Assembly (NCBI RefSeq): GCF_009914755.1
Contig: NC_060927.1
Origin: the human T2T-CHM13v2.0 reference genome, Homo sapiens
Strand: one strand, 5' to 3'
DNA: 64,000 bases
Shown: positions 48,401-64,000 of the stretch, in pieces
Numbering within the stretch: position 1 is the stretch's first letter
Layout: the number at the start of each line of letters is the position of its first letter
Notes under the pieces: generated by a model
What the model was told of the DNA's origin: nothing
The model's database searches: none
What the model saw: only the letters and a program-made list of their open reading frames with translations
Program-made: the position numbers and the translations under genes

Positions 48401-51067
48401 GCCTGTATTGTGCCCAGAATCTCAGCTGCCATAGCCAGAGAGGGCCCACCAGTACAGACATTGACAGGTGACAATATCTGGAGAGTATTCTTTAATTCTG
48501 GATTCATTGTGATGACAAAGGGATTACTTAAAATAGCCTAAACCTATGTTATGAAAATAAAATGAAATAACATTTTGCCATGTATTAAATTAACCATAGG
48601 CCTACTCAACATACAAAAAAAATGACATCCTAATATTAAATCCCTATTTCTTCTAATTAAAATTAGTAAAATGTATCTAAGACAGTAGTCTTGTTTTGTT
48701 CTAATCTGAATTCTTCCAGTTTTCAATGTCTCTTTTCTGTAGTTTGTCATTTTTATCAATACATTTGCTCAAAGTACACTTCAGTTACAGTATTTTCCAC
48801 TGAATTTCTAAGGTGAAATTTCTAAGGTGAATTACTTCCTATAATAAAGTGGAAAATATTAGTTCCCTGCTCTTTTTGTAAATCCAGAAATAACATCTCT
48901 TTGTGTGGTGCTGTAGCACCTCCAGTATCTTTCTGAGTCCTCATATTATACACTGCACTTTTCATATAAATGGAAAATATTGAGAAGGATTTTTGGTATT
49001 ACATTATCAAGACAATTTCAGAGTGAAAAGAATTGTAGCTAAGATTGTACTCCCTAACGCTGGTCAGCTTACTTGGAGTTGTCAAGTCCCTGTGTTTATC
49101 TTAAGAAAGAAATTAATGTAGTTCAACAGCCCCTCTACTAGCTTTGAACACTGCAGAAATCTTATAGAACATTAGCGTTTATGTGGGTGGGGCCCTATTA
49201 CTGAGACATCTTATAATTCATAAAACATCATGGTTCTCAAGATGCAAATTCTTCTATTTTTAAGTAAAATAATCAGGTTTTGCAGACATTCAGACTAAAA
49301 ATCCCAGTAGAAATTACATTAACCTAGGCAACTTTTTAAGAACACAAAACTGGGAGAATTGTAAAATTCTGCCTTGAAGTGAAACCAGTTTCTACTTTCA
49401 ATGGTAATTATTGAATCTTAGCTGGTTATTCTTAAACCAGATCATTAAAAGGAAAATCCTACTTGAGTGAAGGAATCCTGATATTAAAGTTGTAGTGAGG
49501 TTTATTTTCATTTCAGTGGTCCTCCTTAAGCATTCCTTCCCAGTCAGAACTTTCTGAATATCTCTTTGGTGCTTACACAAATGTATACAAGCTTGAGGGT
49601 TATATCTTTGAATTTCCTCTTATGGATGTCCTGGTAGTCCTTGTATACAAAGTGCATGATTGGCATATACAAAATCTGCACAGCTCTGAGACTGCTGCTC
49701 AGCAAATTTGCAAAAAGTGCTTCACTGTCTTGGTGAAAAAGTATCCCTCTTCCCCCAGTATATACTGAAATGTCAAAAGCATTGTTTATGTATGATTTTG
49801 GCCACCAACTATCTGATAGGGCTTCCTTATAGGTCCTAGTGACCCTTTGTAGCTCAAATAAGAGATTGAGGTCTTTTTAGCAGTATGTCAAAACTAACAG
49901 CTGAGGGAAAAAAGAGAAAAGAGAAAAGGTGGAAGAGGAAGGAGGAATAAATACTAAGCCTCCTTTGCTTTAGGCTTAGGTAATCAGCCTGTCCCTTTAT
50001 GTGAATATCTCCTGATTCCCACTTTTAAAATTTTTAGTAAATGTTAATTTAACATGTGAAAAAGACAATGAAGATGAAACACGTTTTAAAACAATATGCA
50101 GAATAACTAAGGATTAAGCAAGGTATAAACTGGAAGATTAAAAAGGGCTTGGAGGTGCCCTAAGAAAGGGATTCTTCTTTAGTGAAAATATCGTAGGCCC
50201 AGTCACAGACCCTGTCCCATACTGCAGTAAGGACCTCTCACCTGCAGCGTTCAGACTGAAGGCGACAAAACAAGCCACCCTCTGAGAGAATGCATCCCAG
50301 TTCATCTCCCAGCTCAATTCATCTCTGACAATCCAGAATAAATATTCTCCGCTCCTCCTTCAGCTAATTTCCCTTAGAGAAGAATTTTGTGGGAGACTTG
50401 AACTATTTCTTTAATCACAAAATAAAATAATCTTTAGGGAATATTTAAAGATGCCTATTTTTATGGCATACCCCTAGCATCTACTGTTAACAAGTGGAAC
50501 AAATATTTACTTGAACTAAATATCCACCAACAAAAAAACAGATAAATAAAGTACGCTGTATCCAAGTGACGAGCTATGTAGCAGGCACTGGCAGTATGCT
50601 GCCTGGGGCTTTTCATATCTCTTTACCATTTCTGTGTACACAGGCTTCCAATATGCATGTACTGCAACAGTCAGCACTCAGGGCCTTGTCGAGGCCACCC
50701 TAAAGCCTGCTGGAACTCACTTTCCCTGCAGGCAACAAGATCTGGGAAGCAACTTGGAATTTACATCCCACCAGGGTCAGTCTTTGATCAATGACTACTA
50801 AGGATATGAGGTACAAAGGCTTTAGCCCTCTTGCCTCTGAACAACTCTGAGGGGAAATGCAAAAAGAAATACATGAGAATGACAAAGACTAACTTCAGTG
50901 TAGGAAGTATCATGGGGTAGGACAAAGGGGAAGGAAAGAGATCTGGAGAAGGAACCCCTGGGGCTTCAGCTATATTAGAAATATATATTTTTAAAGCCAA
51001 GAGTTGGAGACATAGTTAGCATCAGATTGGTGTTTATGTGACTTTTGTGTGTTTGAAATAGTTTATA

Positions 51068-53200
<2,133 letters not shown>

Positions 53201-53549
53201 AAATAGTTTATATTTTTTAAAATAAATATTTAGAAAGATTGATAAGGCAACAACAACATGCTTGTCACTAAAAGTTCAGACATGTTATCAGCATATTAAA
53301 AATGTTAAAAAAAAGATCCAGCCTGGTCACAATTCTTCTTTATAGAAGGGTCATGTATCCAAATTTAGAGCCAAAAGAAGAGAAGCCCTTAAAACACAAT
53401 TCCATAACTACCAATTACTCCACTTCTCCCACGGACCTCACTTTTCCTGGTTTTTATCTAACTCATCAATACACACATCTTCCACATGTCTTTCTTCACC
53501 TGTCTTCCCAGCCTGGGTCACATGGTCCACCATTTAAAGAATACACATT

Positions 53550-53843
53550 GGCCAGGCGCGGTGGGTCACGCCTGTAATCCCGGCACTTTGGGAGGCCAAG
53601 GCGGGCAGATCACGAGATCAGGGGTTCGACACCAATCTGGCCAACATAGTGAAACCCCATCTCTAAGAAAAACACAAAAAATTAGCCAGGTGTGAGAGTG
53701 TGTGCCTGTAATCCCAGCTACTCAGGAGGCTGAGGCAGCAGAATCACTTGAACCAGGGAGGCGGAGGTTGCAGTGAGCTGAGATATCGCCGTTACACTCC
53801 AGCTGGGGAGACAGTGTGAGACTCCATCTCAAAAAAAAAAAAA
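53550..53843 (+). mobile_element. Alu (AluS type)
   Basis: Two arms, poly-A; TSD aaagaatacacat (53536-53548 / 53844-53856). Confidence 0.95.
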
Positions 53844-54081
53844 AAAGAATACACATGAATGCCTTGAATCATCTGACGCCTTGCCTTGAATTTTGTCCAA
53901 ATTCAGCCCTAGATAACACATTTTCCCCCCTTGTTTCCGATTCTGTTTCCAGCCTCCTGAATGTTGCTGTTTATGTAGCAAAACTCTATGAATTTGAATT
54001 ATCTACAAACTTGTACAATAGGATTACTGTTTGTAAGCACTTTGAGGAGAGAGATTGTGCTTTTATTGTTATTTCTATCAC

Positions 54082-54556
54082 TGTGTTAGTTTGCTAAGGC
54101 TGCCATAACAAAGCAGCACAAACTGAGTGGCTTAATCAACAGAATTTATTGTCTCAAAGTTTTAGGGCTAGAAGTCTGAGATCAAGGCCTCTACAGGCTT
54201 GGTTTCTTCTGAAAGTTGTGAAAGATAATCTGTTTTCTGTCTCTCTCCTAGTTTCTGGTGGTTTGTTGGCAATCCTTGATGTTCCTTGGCTAGTAGAAGC
54301 ATCACCTCTATCTCTGCCTTTATGTGTGTGTGCTTTTATATGGCATTCTCCTGTGTGCATGTCTCTTTGTCCAAATTTTCCCATTTCATAAGGACACCAG
54401 GGATATTGGATTAGAAGCCCACCCTACTTCAGTATGACCTCATTTTAGCAAATTACTTCTACAATGACCCTATTTCTAAATCAAATCATATTTGGAGGCA
54501 CTAAGAGTTAAGGACTTTAACATAAGAATTTGAGAGGACAAAATTCAATCCATAAC
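54082..54556 (-). mobile_element. MLT1 (MLT1B/C type) MaLR solo LTR
   Basis: tgtgttagtttgctaaggctgccataacaaag...aattcaatccataaca, TG...CA ends. Confidence 0.85.
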
Positions 54557-56405
54557 AACCCCCTATGTCTGAGATCAGAACCAATGAGAGGTTGTCTTTC
54601 CTTGATCTAAACACAGCCCTCTGGAGAAGAGGCTTTAGTTTTTTAATTCAATAAATATTTCTTCTTCAGCTCAACTGAAGAACTGTCATTTCTCTTTGGA
54701 CTTGAGCCCTGTATTTCCATTAGTGTACTGTTGTCATATGCCCTATTCTAAGTAGTTTGTGTTTTAAGTACTTTCTCATCTACCTCTTTTTATTAAACTG
54801 GAGAGCATTATTTTCTACATAATGTAGCCTTGGGACACCACCATATTAGTTTCCCTAATGGGTTCTTTTGACTTACAAATGCCAGGTTTATTTTGGCTTA
54901 CATATGAAGTTTGATTGCATGCATTCATAATTGAGTTTCCCTTGTGGTTTATTAATCAGAACCATCATATCTCAAGATGATAATTAGCTGGCAAGTTATA
55001 GCAAACATATACAAATTTATTTATAGATATCTCCCACTTTCTCTCTGCATATTAACATTGTCTAATAAATCATATAACTGTAAAAGTGACTGAATACCCA
55101 GATTAAATCTGTTACTTTTGTTGAAAATGTGACATTATAGAATAAGATTCTTAAACATTTACAGTGTCTATGGTTTTAATTAATCTGATGCTCTATAATT
55201 TGATTCTTTAATATTTTGAAATGACTTCACAGATATTTTTACCATTCAGCATGGAAGGGTGTTTGGTTCCACATTAGGAATTTATGTTATACAATATCAC
55301 CTCAGGAAAGATGTTGCTAAAAAGACATAGACACATTTCCATTTTTCCATTTACAATTTAATTTAAACTGTAGAAAAATAAATTATCATACAATACATTT
55401 GAACATCTTTATATCTAAGTGCCTTTATGTAAATAAGAAAAAGTATACTTTGTAGAGAACAACATGGGCAAACTCTTAAATAACCTGGAAACCATGGCCC
55501 ATTGGAAAGTGCAGCAGACCAGTGCCTGACAGATCAAAATTCTATCCCCATTTCTCATATTTGCTCTTTTTCATGGAGCAAATTAGACTAGTGAGTTACC
55601 CAGCAGAAGCATCCTGCCTTTGGATGCTACTTTGGAAGCTATTTCTGTTCAAGTCTGTGTTGACTCGCTCGTAACTTCTTGGAACTAAAAGAGCAAGACA
55701 GTAAATACCCTTGCCTTACAGAGAGAGCGCTAAATAAACTATAAATTCCTTTGTTAATTTTTCTCACAAGAGAAAGATCACCAAGAGAATGGTCACCAAA
55801 TTTCTCCCTCAATTTGTGTTATTTTATATTTTTTTGCATTTGCTTTTGGAATTGGTCTATGACAACTCACAAAACGTCTTTGTGGTAGGTAACTATAGCC
55901 ATCAAAATGCTTGAGATGGCTGAGAGTTACCAACTGCCCTCATAATCTTGCTTCAAAGTATAATGAGAGCAAATCAGACCTATTCTGCCTCATATGTCAA
56001 CATGTATTAAATGAATATTAACAAACAAGTACAAAACCTTCATATAATTTGTTCAATAAAATCTATGACTCCCAGATTTTTTTATAGGGGATCCTCAAAC
56101 ATCTTGCCTGAAAAAGCGTCAAAGAAGCCAAAACAACATCCCAGTGCCAAGATTCTGTAGACTTATTGTCCAAGATGTCAGAAATCCTCAGATTCACTGC
56201 TTGAACCGTTGGTTATTATTTGGGGATCAGGATCCCTCCTTCAGATGACCAGCTAACCATAGGCTTTTCTGGATTTCTCTAACCTGATTATGCAAGAGGA
56301 AGAAGTATCTCTGAAATATTTTAGCCAGTTGTCTTGAATACCACTAATTCCACCAATGAAGGCCCACTTCTAATACCCATTATGCTGATTAAGTATCCAC
56401 TAATT

Positions 56406-56684
56406 GGCTGGGCCTTATGGCTAACACCTGTAATCCCAGCACTTTGGGAGGCCGAGGTGGGCAGATCACTTGAGGTCAGGAGTTTGAGACCAGCCTGGGC
56501 AACATGGCAAAAACCTGTCTCTACTAAAAATACAAAAATTAGCTGGGCATGGTGGAGAGTGCCTGTAGTCCCAGCTCTCGGGAGGCTGAGGCAGGAGAGT
56601 CGCTTGAACCTGGGAGGTAAAGGTTGCAGTGAGCCAGATGGTGCCACTGCACTCCAGCCTGTGTGACAGAGTGAGACTCTGTCT

Positions 56685-56720
<36 letters not shown>
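56406..56720 (+). mobile_element. Alu (AluSx/Sz type) with A35 tail
   Basis: Two arms; TSD atccactaa. Confidence 0.95.
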
Positions 56721-56723
<3 letters not shown>

Positions 56724-57261
56724 ACTAAGTCAGCCAATGAAAATCCTTTTCTAACATTCTGACATTCATTATGCTAATTATTAAAGCTTCTGGTATTGAT
56801 CCAGTATAAATAGCCAACTCAGTTGTATCAGTCCCTTCTAAGGTCTGGGCTTCCTTTTAGAATGTTAGTGAGTCATCCCTGAGTTGCGAGATCCCAAAGG
56901 TACACTAACTGTAGGCTCTGAAGTAACTTTCAGTAAATTACAGGCATCATAGCATTGTAGCAAGTCTCTAAAATACTAAGATCTTTCATATGTGTCCATT
57001 ATTCTATTGTTGACCTCCTCTTTTACTTTCTGTTTTGTTTTTTTTTTCTAATATATATACCCATGTTATCCTTTATGTTACCTTGCATTCTCGTTTGGCT
57101 TCTCTTTTTTCATTGTGTAGATCAATGTATCAGTAATTATCTTGCATCTCCCAGGAAATAAGCTTTTTTGTCATGATCTAGAATCATATTTTCTCCAAGA
57201 GTAGTCTCTAGACCACCTGTTTAGAAAAAATCCAGGGTACATTTTTAAAAATGCAGACCAT

Positions 57262-57390
57262 GGCCAGGCACAGTGGCACTCACCTAGAGTCCTAGCTTAG
57301 GCTGAGAGAGGAGGATTGCTTGAGCTCAGGAGTTCAGGTCCAGCCTGGGCAACATAGTGATATCCCATCTTAAAAAAAAAAAAAAAAGAA
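57262..57390 (+). mobile_element. Free Alu monomer (FLAM type) inserted in a MER5-like element (~57200-57482)
   Basis: Single monomer with poly-A; flanks aaaaatgcagac... and gaaatctgcaatttttaacagacacccc are MER5-like. Confidence 0.75.
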
Positions 57391-60300
57391 GAAGTAGACT
57401 TCTGAGGTTGATCTAGAAATCTGCAATTTTTAACAGACACCCCCCACTCCATGATTTTTATACACATTTAAGTTTGAAACCAAATTATATTTTGCTTGTT
57501 CCAGTCTAGTAGTAAGAACCCTATTAAACATAAATTGTTCAGGTTAGTTGTATTTAGTATTTTTACTTGTTACATCTACTTTTCAGCACATTGTGGAACC
57601 TTCATAAATATTCAGCAACTGTAAAGGAAACTCTCAATTATTCAGGTGTGAATTAACAGCTGATGGATAATCCAGGCCCTCAGCCTCTTCTGCCTTTTCC
57701 TTAATGCATTTGCCTATTTCTCTGGAGGACAAATCACTCATCTTTTGCAACCTATTAGCAAGTTTGATGAAAGGCCCAGATCAGATTCTAGGCATATTAA
57801 AATGTGGTTGGAGGATTTTCTCTTCAATAAATACCCCACCTAAAAAAATTATTTCTTCTATAGATAATGAAGACTTAGCTATAATATCCACCAACCAAAC
57901 AAGGGCAGAAAAGACTGACCTGACCCATTTGCTGGGAAATAAAAGACCTCAAAGTTAGCTTTTTAAGTTACAAGGCATGTTTCTAAATGTCCACATAAAA
58001 CACCATAAATACAGCTAGATTATGGAGTGATTAAATACAGGATAAAAAATGGCTTCCCACAAGAGTTTGAAAATAGCATTGACTGGTATCCGTAGTCAAA
58101 ATTGGGAAGAAATTTGACAAAAATAGACAAAAGCAACCCTTTCTTCTCAGTTGTAGAAAATATAATATTTGCCCGTCTCTAGTACTCAGGTCAAAAAAGA
58201 CTTTGCCACTTTTTTTCTTTTATGTCTTCTGACATCTTTCTTTCCATAGAGTTTTCTCAGGTCTCCTAGGATATTATTGCCAAACCCAGGCTAACCTGTT
58301 GAATTTATGCAATAGAACTAATGTTTTAGGACTATTCTTACTCAGTGGAAGACTCTTGTATAGCTGCAGCTGTCTGGTTGTGCAACACATAGGGCCCAGA
58401 TCACTCACTGTCAAGTAATTAGGGACAAAGCATGGGATTCATAATGCCTTCAAACAGAAACAAAAATCTGATTTGAAAGATGTCTGATATTTTAATGAAT
58501 TTTCTGCAGGCAGCATAGCACTCCACTCTAGTTTGTTCACTATCCATATAGGTCCTTTGTAAATCACCGTCATCACACACACTTCTATTTATATTTCTTT
58601 CTTTGAAACAGATATTGTGTTAGCTTCTCTAATTTTTCCACTAGACTGCTGCTATTATCTGTACAGGACACCAAGGCCTTCCACAAAGGAGAATTTCACT
58701 CATCGGATCTAGGAGCTGTGGAATGGCTAAGGACCTCCACGAACAATCATATTTAAAATATCATAGAGGATCTTCTAGAGAATCTAGATTAGCTTCTGTC
58801 AGGATCCTTGGTGGCTCCTATGTGGTGTCAAGTCAGTCACTGACCACACGTATTTTAGTGTATCTCCTAGAGTCTCGGTTATCCCTTCTGTAAAAATGTA
58901 ACTGTACCCTTCATCTCACTGATGAGGTTTGTGCTAAACTTGGCCGGTCTGTATCACAAATAGCTCCCTGTGAGCATAAATAACATTGGCTCAGACCATG
59001 AGATTTGAGATATAATGACAAGTTCACAAGCAGTCACTTTATCCAATCATCTCCTGCTCCTCTCTCTCTCTTAATTCTATATTCCCAGGAAGGCTGGAGC
59101 AAGTTCATGAAGGGTGGGGGACAGGGAAGGGGAATAATGACAGATGACAAGACGTAGGACTTCTATAATCTGTTCATAAGGAAGTAGTAATTGAGATAAA
59201 TTCTTATCCAGTCACTGTAATACTTTTTAATCAAGCCTGGTTGGGTCTTTTGTTTGGTTGCAGAGTAGCATATGAGAGCTGTGTGTTGGAAAATATGGGT
59301 TTGTGAGAGCATATTCAATTAGATTATGCAAATAGCATAGTCCTTGATAGAAGTCAAACATAATATGCTTAATTCACATATTACCTTATTATTCTTTAAT
59401 ATCAAATCTCCTTGCTATAATCTTGCTATTGTTTGCATGGAAAATGGTACTTTTAAAAACCTGTGGCCTTGGATAGACTCAGGGCAAAATAATTTAATGC
59501 TCCTTGTTTGTTTGTTTAAGTGTTGTTTGTAAGCAAGAATTGTTAAGAAACAGCTGCAGAAGTTTTGGGACAAAAGATGAAATTCCAGTATAGATTTTCA
59601 ATGTCAAAAAGAAAAAAAAAAGCAGAAATAGAAGCTATGATTTTGATCATTTTCTAGCCAAAAGGTTTAACCTACTTCTCTATGTACACTGCAAAGTTGT
59701 TTAGATTCTCATTTCAGTCTGACACCTTTGACTGCCCCACTGTGGCTGCCGAGAACCTGATTTAGGATACACTATACATTCCTGGATTGCGCAGTCCATC
59801 ACTGTTCCTGAAAGGATGAGTACTTTGTGCTTTCCAGATGAAAAACAAAAAAGTTTCAAAGAATCTAGTTAAATCCCAAATAAATTTAGATCCAAAATTA
59901 TATCATTCATTTCCTGCCCAAAGGGACTAAATTATATAATAAGTCTTTTTCAATTCCAATTTCAAGATCTGGTTCTTACCTATTAAATCACCCAAAGTGC
60001 TTTTACAGGGCTACCAAATAATATTCCAGCTTTTAACTCTAAAGAATGCTGCTTTCTGCTGCATATTTCTTGCCTTCATCATGATAATCCCATGCTTATC
60101 TTTCTTTTGTCTTCTCTTTGAAGTGTTTTGTTATGACCAGTCCTTTTTCCAAACTATTATTAGTTCTGAAAAATTAGTGGTTTTGTTGGCTTTTAAGACC
60201 AAGAGTTTATTTTTACTTGTTGGTGGGAGTGGGGGGTGGTGAAGGTGGGGAGAGGAGTTAGGGGAACTTCAGGTGAAAAGGAGAATTGCACTATTAATGA

Positions 60301-62974
60301 ACAACAGTGAAGGTCATGTGGAGTCAAAATAGCAAAATGCATGATGAAGAGTGGAAGTGTCCTGTTGTATTTCTACCCTACTCTTCTTTAGTTCTAAAAT
60401 AAAGGCAAAATGGAAGGACAGAGAAGAAGGAAAGAAAAAAAGAGAGAAGGGAGAGGGAGGAATGAAGGGAAGGAGAGGAAATAATCCCTTTGAACATATT
60501 GGAATGAGTTCTTCTTAAACGCTCTTGAGATGGATTTTATTGTTACCATTTTGCATAAATGACTACTCACAAGATCATGTGAGAGCAGAAATTTATTCCT
60601 TGCTCTAAAAAGTTGAACTATGTATTTTTTCTTAAAATTGACTTTGCTGAAATAGGTTTTTCATATTGAAATCTCAGTTTTGATTTATTAGCACTCCAAA
60701 GTGAAAATGTTCTCCAGTAGTGAGAAGGAAATGGAAACTTCACCAGGTAAAATTTCCCCATACCTCATAGTAGAAGTGTGTAGAACTGAGCCTCTTTAAA
60801 GCCAAATGCCTGTATATCTGGCCCTAAAATCCCTAGGAGGGCTGCCTATTAATAGAACTCTGTAGAGAATTCTCTTTTTAAATGAAGAAACCTCTTTAAA
60901 GAATAATTATCCTCACATTACTTTCCCACCAGCAGTTTCTGTTTCCTTTCCTTGAAGTCAGAGTTGAATGTATTTGGCTTGCAAAAATTCAATTCTGAGA
61001 TATTATTTTGATAACGTCTGTGTGAAAGAGTTTAAAGAAGGAAGGCATAGAGATGGGAAAGGGTAAACTAAAAAAGGAAGAAGCAGAGGCAACTGGTGTT
61101 ACTCGGGAATGGGATGGCATGAACATTCCAGCAAATTCCTGACATAATACAGATGAGAAGAGGAAATAAAATAATTGCTTTGAGTGGATATATCCCCATT
61201 CACTTTTCATTTGTGGAAGATGAGGTGAATTCACAATTATTAGAATATGAACCTCCTTTGTGATTATCCAGCCAAAGGTTCAGGTTTCCTGCCAGCAGCC
61301 TAACCTGATGTGGTGGAAGAGGCCCAAAAGGGTAAGATGAGGCTATTAACTCTACTCTGAGTCATATGTAAGAGCAGATTTACTGTAATTTGAGGACAGC
61401 GAACAAGCTTTCCCCAAAAGAAGCCCTCTCTATCAGGGTAAACTTTATTCCAAAGACCACTATAAACTGGGCCATTGACCAAGTCCATCTTTGTCAGAAC
61501 CTATTTGTCCAGGACTCAATGCGCTTCTGAGGGCATTGAGGAATGGAGGACTCATGCCCCAGTATAGCAGGCCAAGGCCTTCTTAGCCAGCTTTAGCCTG
61601 TGATGTATCTGAATGTCTAACAAAAACTGCCTCTTGCTTTCGCAATAATTTTTTAGTTGTAGCTACTATTAGCAGGACTATATTTTATCCTTGATTTGGA
61701 TGACATAACTTCTGTAGTAGTATGGCATTAAAGATTTTCTGGAAAACTCTTTTAAAAAGATTCCAGAGGAAAAAGATGCATTTTGTAAGATAGAGCTGTA
61801 CTTAAAATGATGTATGTGCAGAACGACAGAAAGAAACCTAAAAGCTAAGCACAACACTATACCAAGAAAAATAAAAACTGAAATGATTAGGTAGTGATTC
61901 ATTGCCCCAGAAATAATATCTATGTGAATGGTTATGGAAACATGTTAACAATGCTGTACTTGTGTTTCCTTTTTAAGTACCTGGAATACATTCTGACCAA
62001 GTGAACATATTATCTGAATTCTACTACCCACCTAAGGATTTTAATAAGGCTACATTGGTTACACCTGCTCATTTTCTAATGCTTCATAAAACACTCAGGC
62101 AAGAACAGTTGCAAAGTACTTATTTTCAGCAATTCAGTTTTATCCACGTGAACATATATTCTTTAAAGAATATTTGGGTACTTCTTGCCATACAAAATAA
62201 TTTTCCTATTTAGGAAATAGGACAATTTACCTAATTGTTTTATTAATTAATTATACCTATAGTCTGCCTTTTCAGACTAAAGGAGATGAAAACAAATATT
62301 CTCTAGACAGTACTAGCTTCTGCTGGTTTCTGCCAGTGTTGTAGCCCTGTGACTTAGAGGAATCAGGACAATTCAATTACTGAGTTTGAATCAAGTCTTT
62401 GAAAGTACAGTACAGTGGCTTCTGCTTATTGCAACCACTTTAGGAAACGGTTATTTGAGCCTAATAGCTGACTGATTCAATTAAAGGAGACAGGAAAACC
62501 ATTTGCTAAGGCAAGCATTGTGCTTGTTATTCACTGCTATCATCTAAAGCGCATCTCTGAAATCACAACTTTGTAAGCCAATGGCTCTACATCTTTCCCC
62601 TTCTCTGTCTATTTGGAGGCTGTGGCACAAATAGCCATTTTTGACTTACTTCATCGGGAATTCTCAGCCAGGATGTGGAGTGGGCATCTGAATTTGGGGT
62701 GAAGTTACATGAGCAATTTGAACAGTACAAGATTCTAATACATCAAGACACACAGCCTTAGGGGGATTTTTGCTCCCAAACAGATGAAAATAACATCTAA
62801 GGGGCCTATGCTTTGCGGGAAACAAACTAAGAAACAACAGCACATTATTATTCTGTGTACACCTAACAAAACGTGTAGAAAGCAATTAGAGACCTGCATC
62901 AATTCTGGTTTCATCGTTAAACAAAACATGCAGAACTTGAATGAAGATTTAAAGAGTATCAGAAACCAAACAGT

Positions 62975-63425
<451 letters not shown>

Positions 63426-63689
63426 TTACCCATAAACTCTGAATATATATTTATATATCTTATAAGAATAACATTAATTTTTCCATCAGATCTTTTAATT
63501 TAACTTCAGAAATAATTACATAGATAAATTGAATCTTACATCAAAAAATAGACTATCATAGATGTCAGCCTGTAGTCTTTTAAAAAGTAAAAGAATGATT
63601 GCCTTTTGCAAATTCTAAAATGTATGCAGGAGTTTAAAAAAAGTGGAGGAATTAAAAGTGACATGATGTTCGGTATATTCTTAAGGTAC

Positions 63690-64000
63690 AGCTAACAGCA
63701 TTCCTATTGCATTGGATGTGAGAGAAAATAGGCATGACAGAAAATTCCAAGGCTTCCTGGGCAATCTGAAATGGAAGAATGCAGGGAGGAGCAGTCGTAG
63801 AGGGGGAAAAAATTGCTAAATTTTGGATATGTTAAGTTTGATGTGCCAAGTGAAAATATTGAGCAGAAAGGCTGGAGTTCAAGGAAGGGATCCACACTAG
63901 AGATATGAATTTGGAAGTCACTGGCACATCAGTGATATTTAAAGCCATGAGACTGAATGATATTGCCAAGAGAATGAGGAGAGTAGTGCTGGGGCACACC
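63690..64000 (-). mobile_element. L2 LINE fragment, running off the window end
   Basis: ttttggatatgttaagtttgatgtgcc...agatatgaatttggaagtca...tttaaagccatgagactgaatga. Confidence 0.8.

Noticed and set aside
48803-48830. 14-bp tandem duplication aatttctaaggtga (similar short repeats at ~24918 and ~39131)
   Set aside because: Ordinary slippage duplications with no spacer-repeat architecture.

Overview
Primate (most likely human) genomic DNA: AT-rich, almost entirely intronic, on the + strand of an Eph receptor tyrosine kinase gene identified as EPHA6 from its diagnostic peptide. There is one canonical coding exon (25650-25859, 70 codons), covering the kinase catalytic loop (HRDLAARN) and DFG. 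An in-frame alternative terminal exon (36062-36106, DLFQTLTLNLCYSA*) has its own AATAAA, and there is a candidate stop-containing cassette exon at 152-249. The rest is transposon-rich: a full-length old L1PA13-16-type element inserted in an L2; an L1MB with a nested MST LTR; a young L1PA2-type element with intact ORF1 and ORF0 but a ~1.8 kb ORF2 deletion; two twin-primed (inverted) L1PA insertions; a ~30-nt L1 stub with target-site duplications (TSDs); several Alus; MaLR LTRs; MER DNA transposons; MIR/L2 relics; and a 40-bp-arm palindrome. I see no prokaryotic features, RNA genes or CRISPR arrays, and no convincing wholly new biological system. The best leads are the kinase-truncating alternative exons and the retrotransposition junction signatures. 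Repeat subfamily calls were made by eye and boundaries are approximate.
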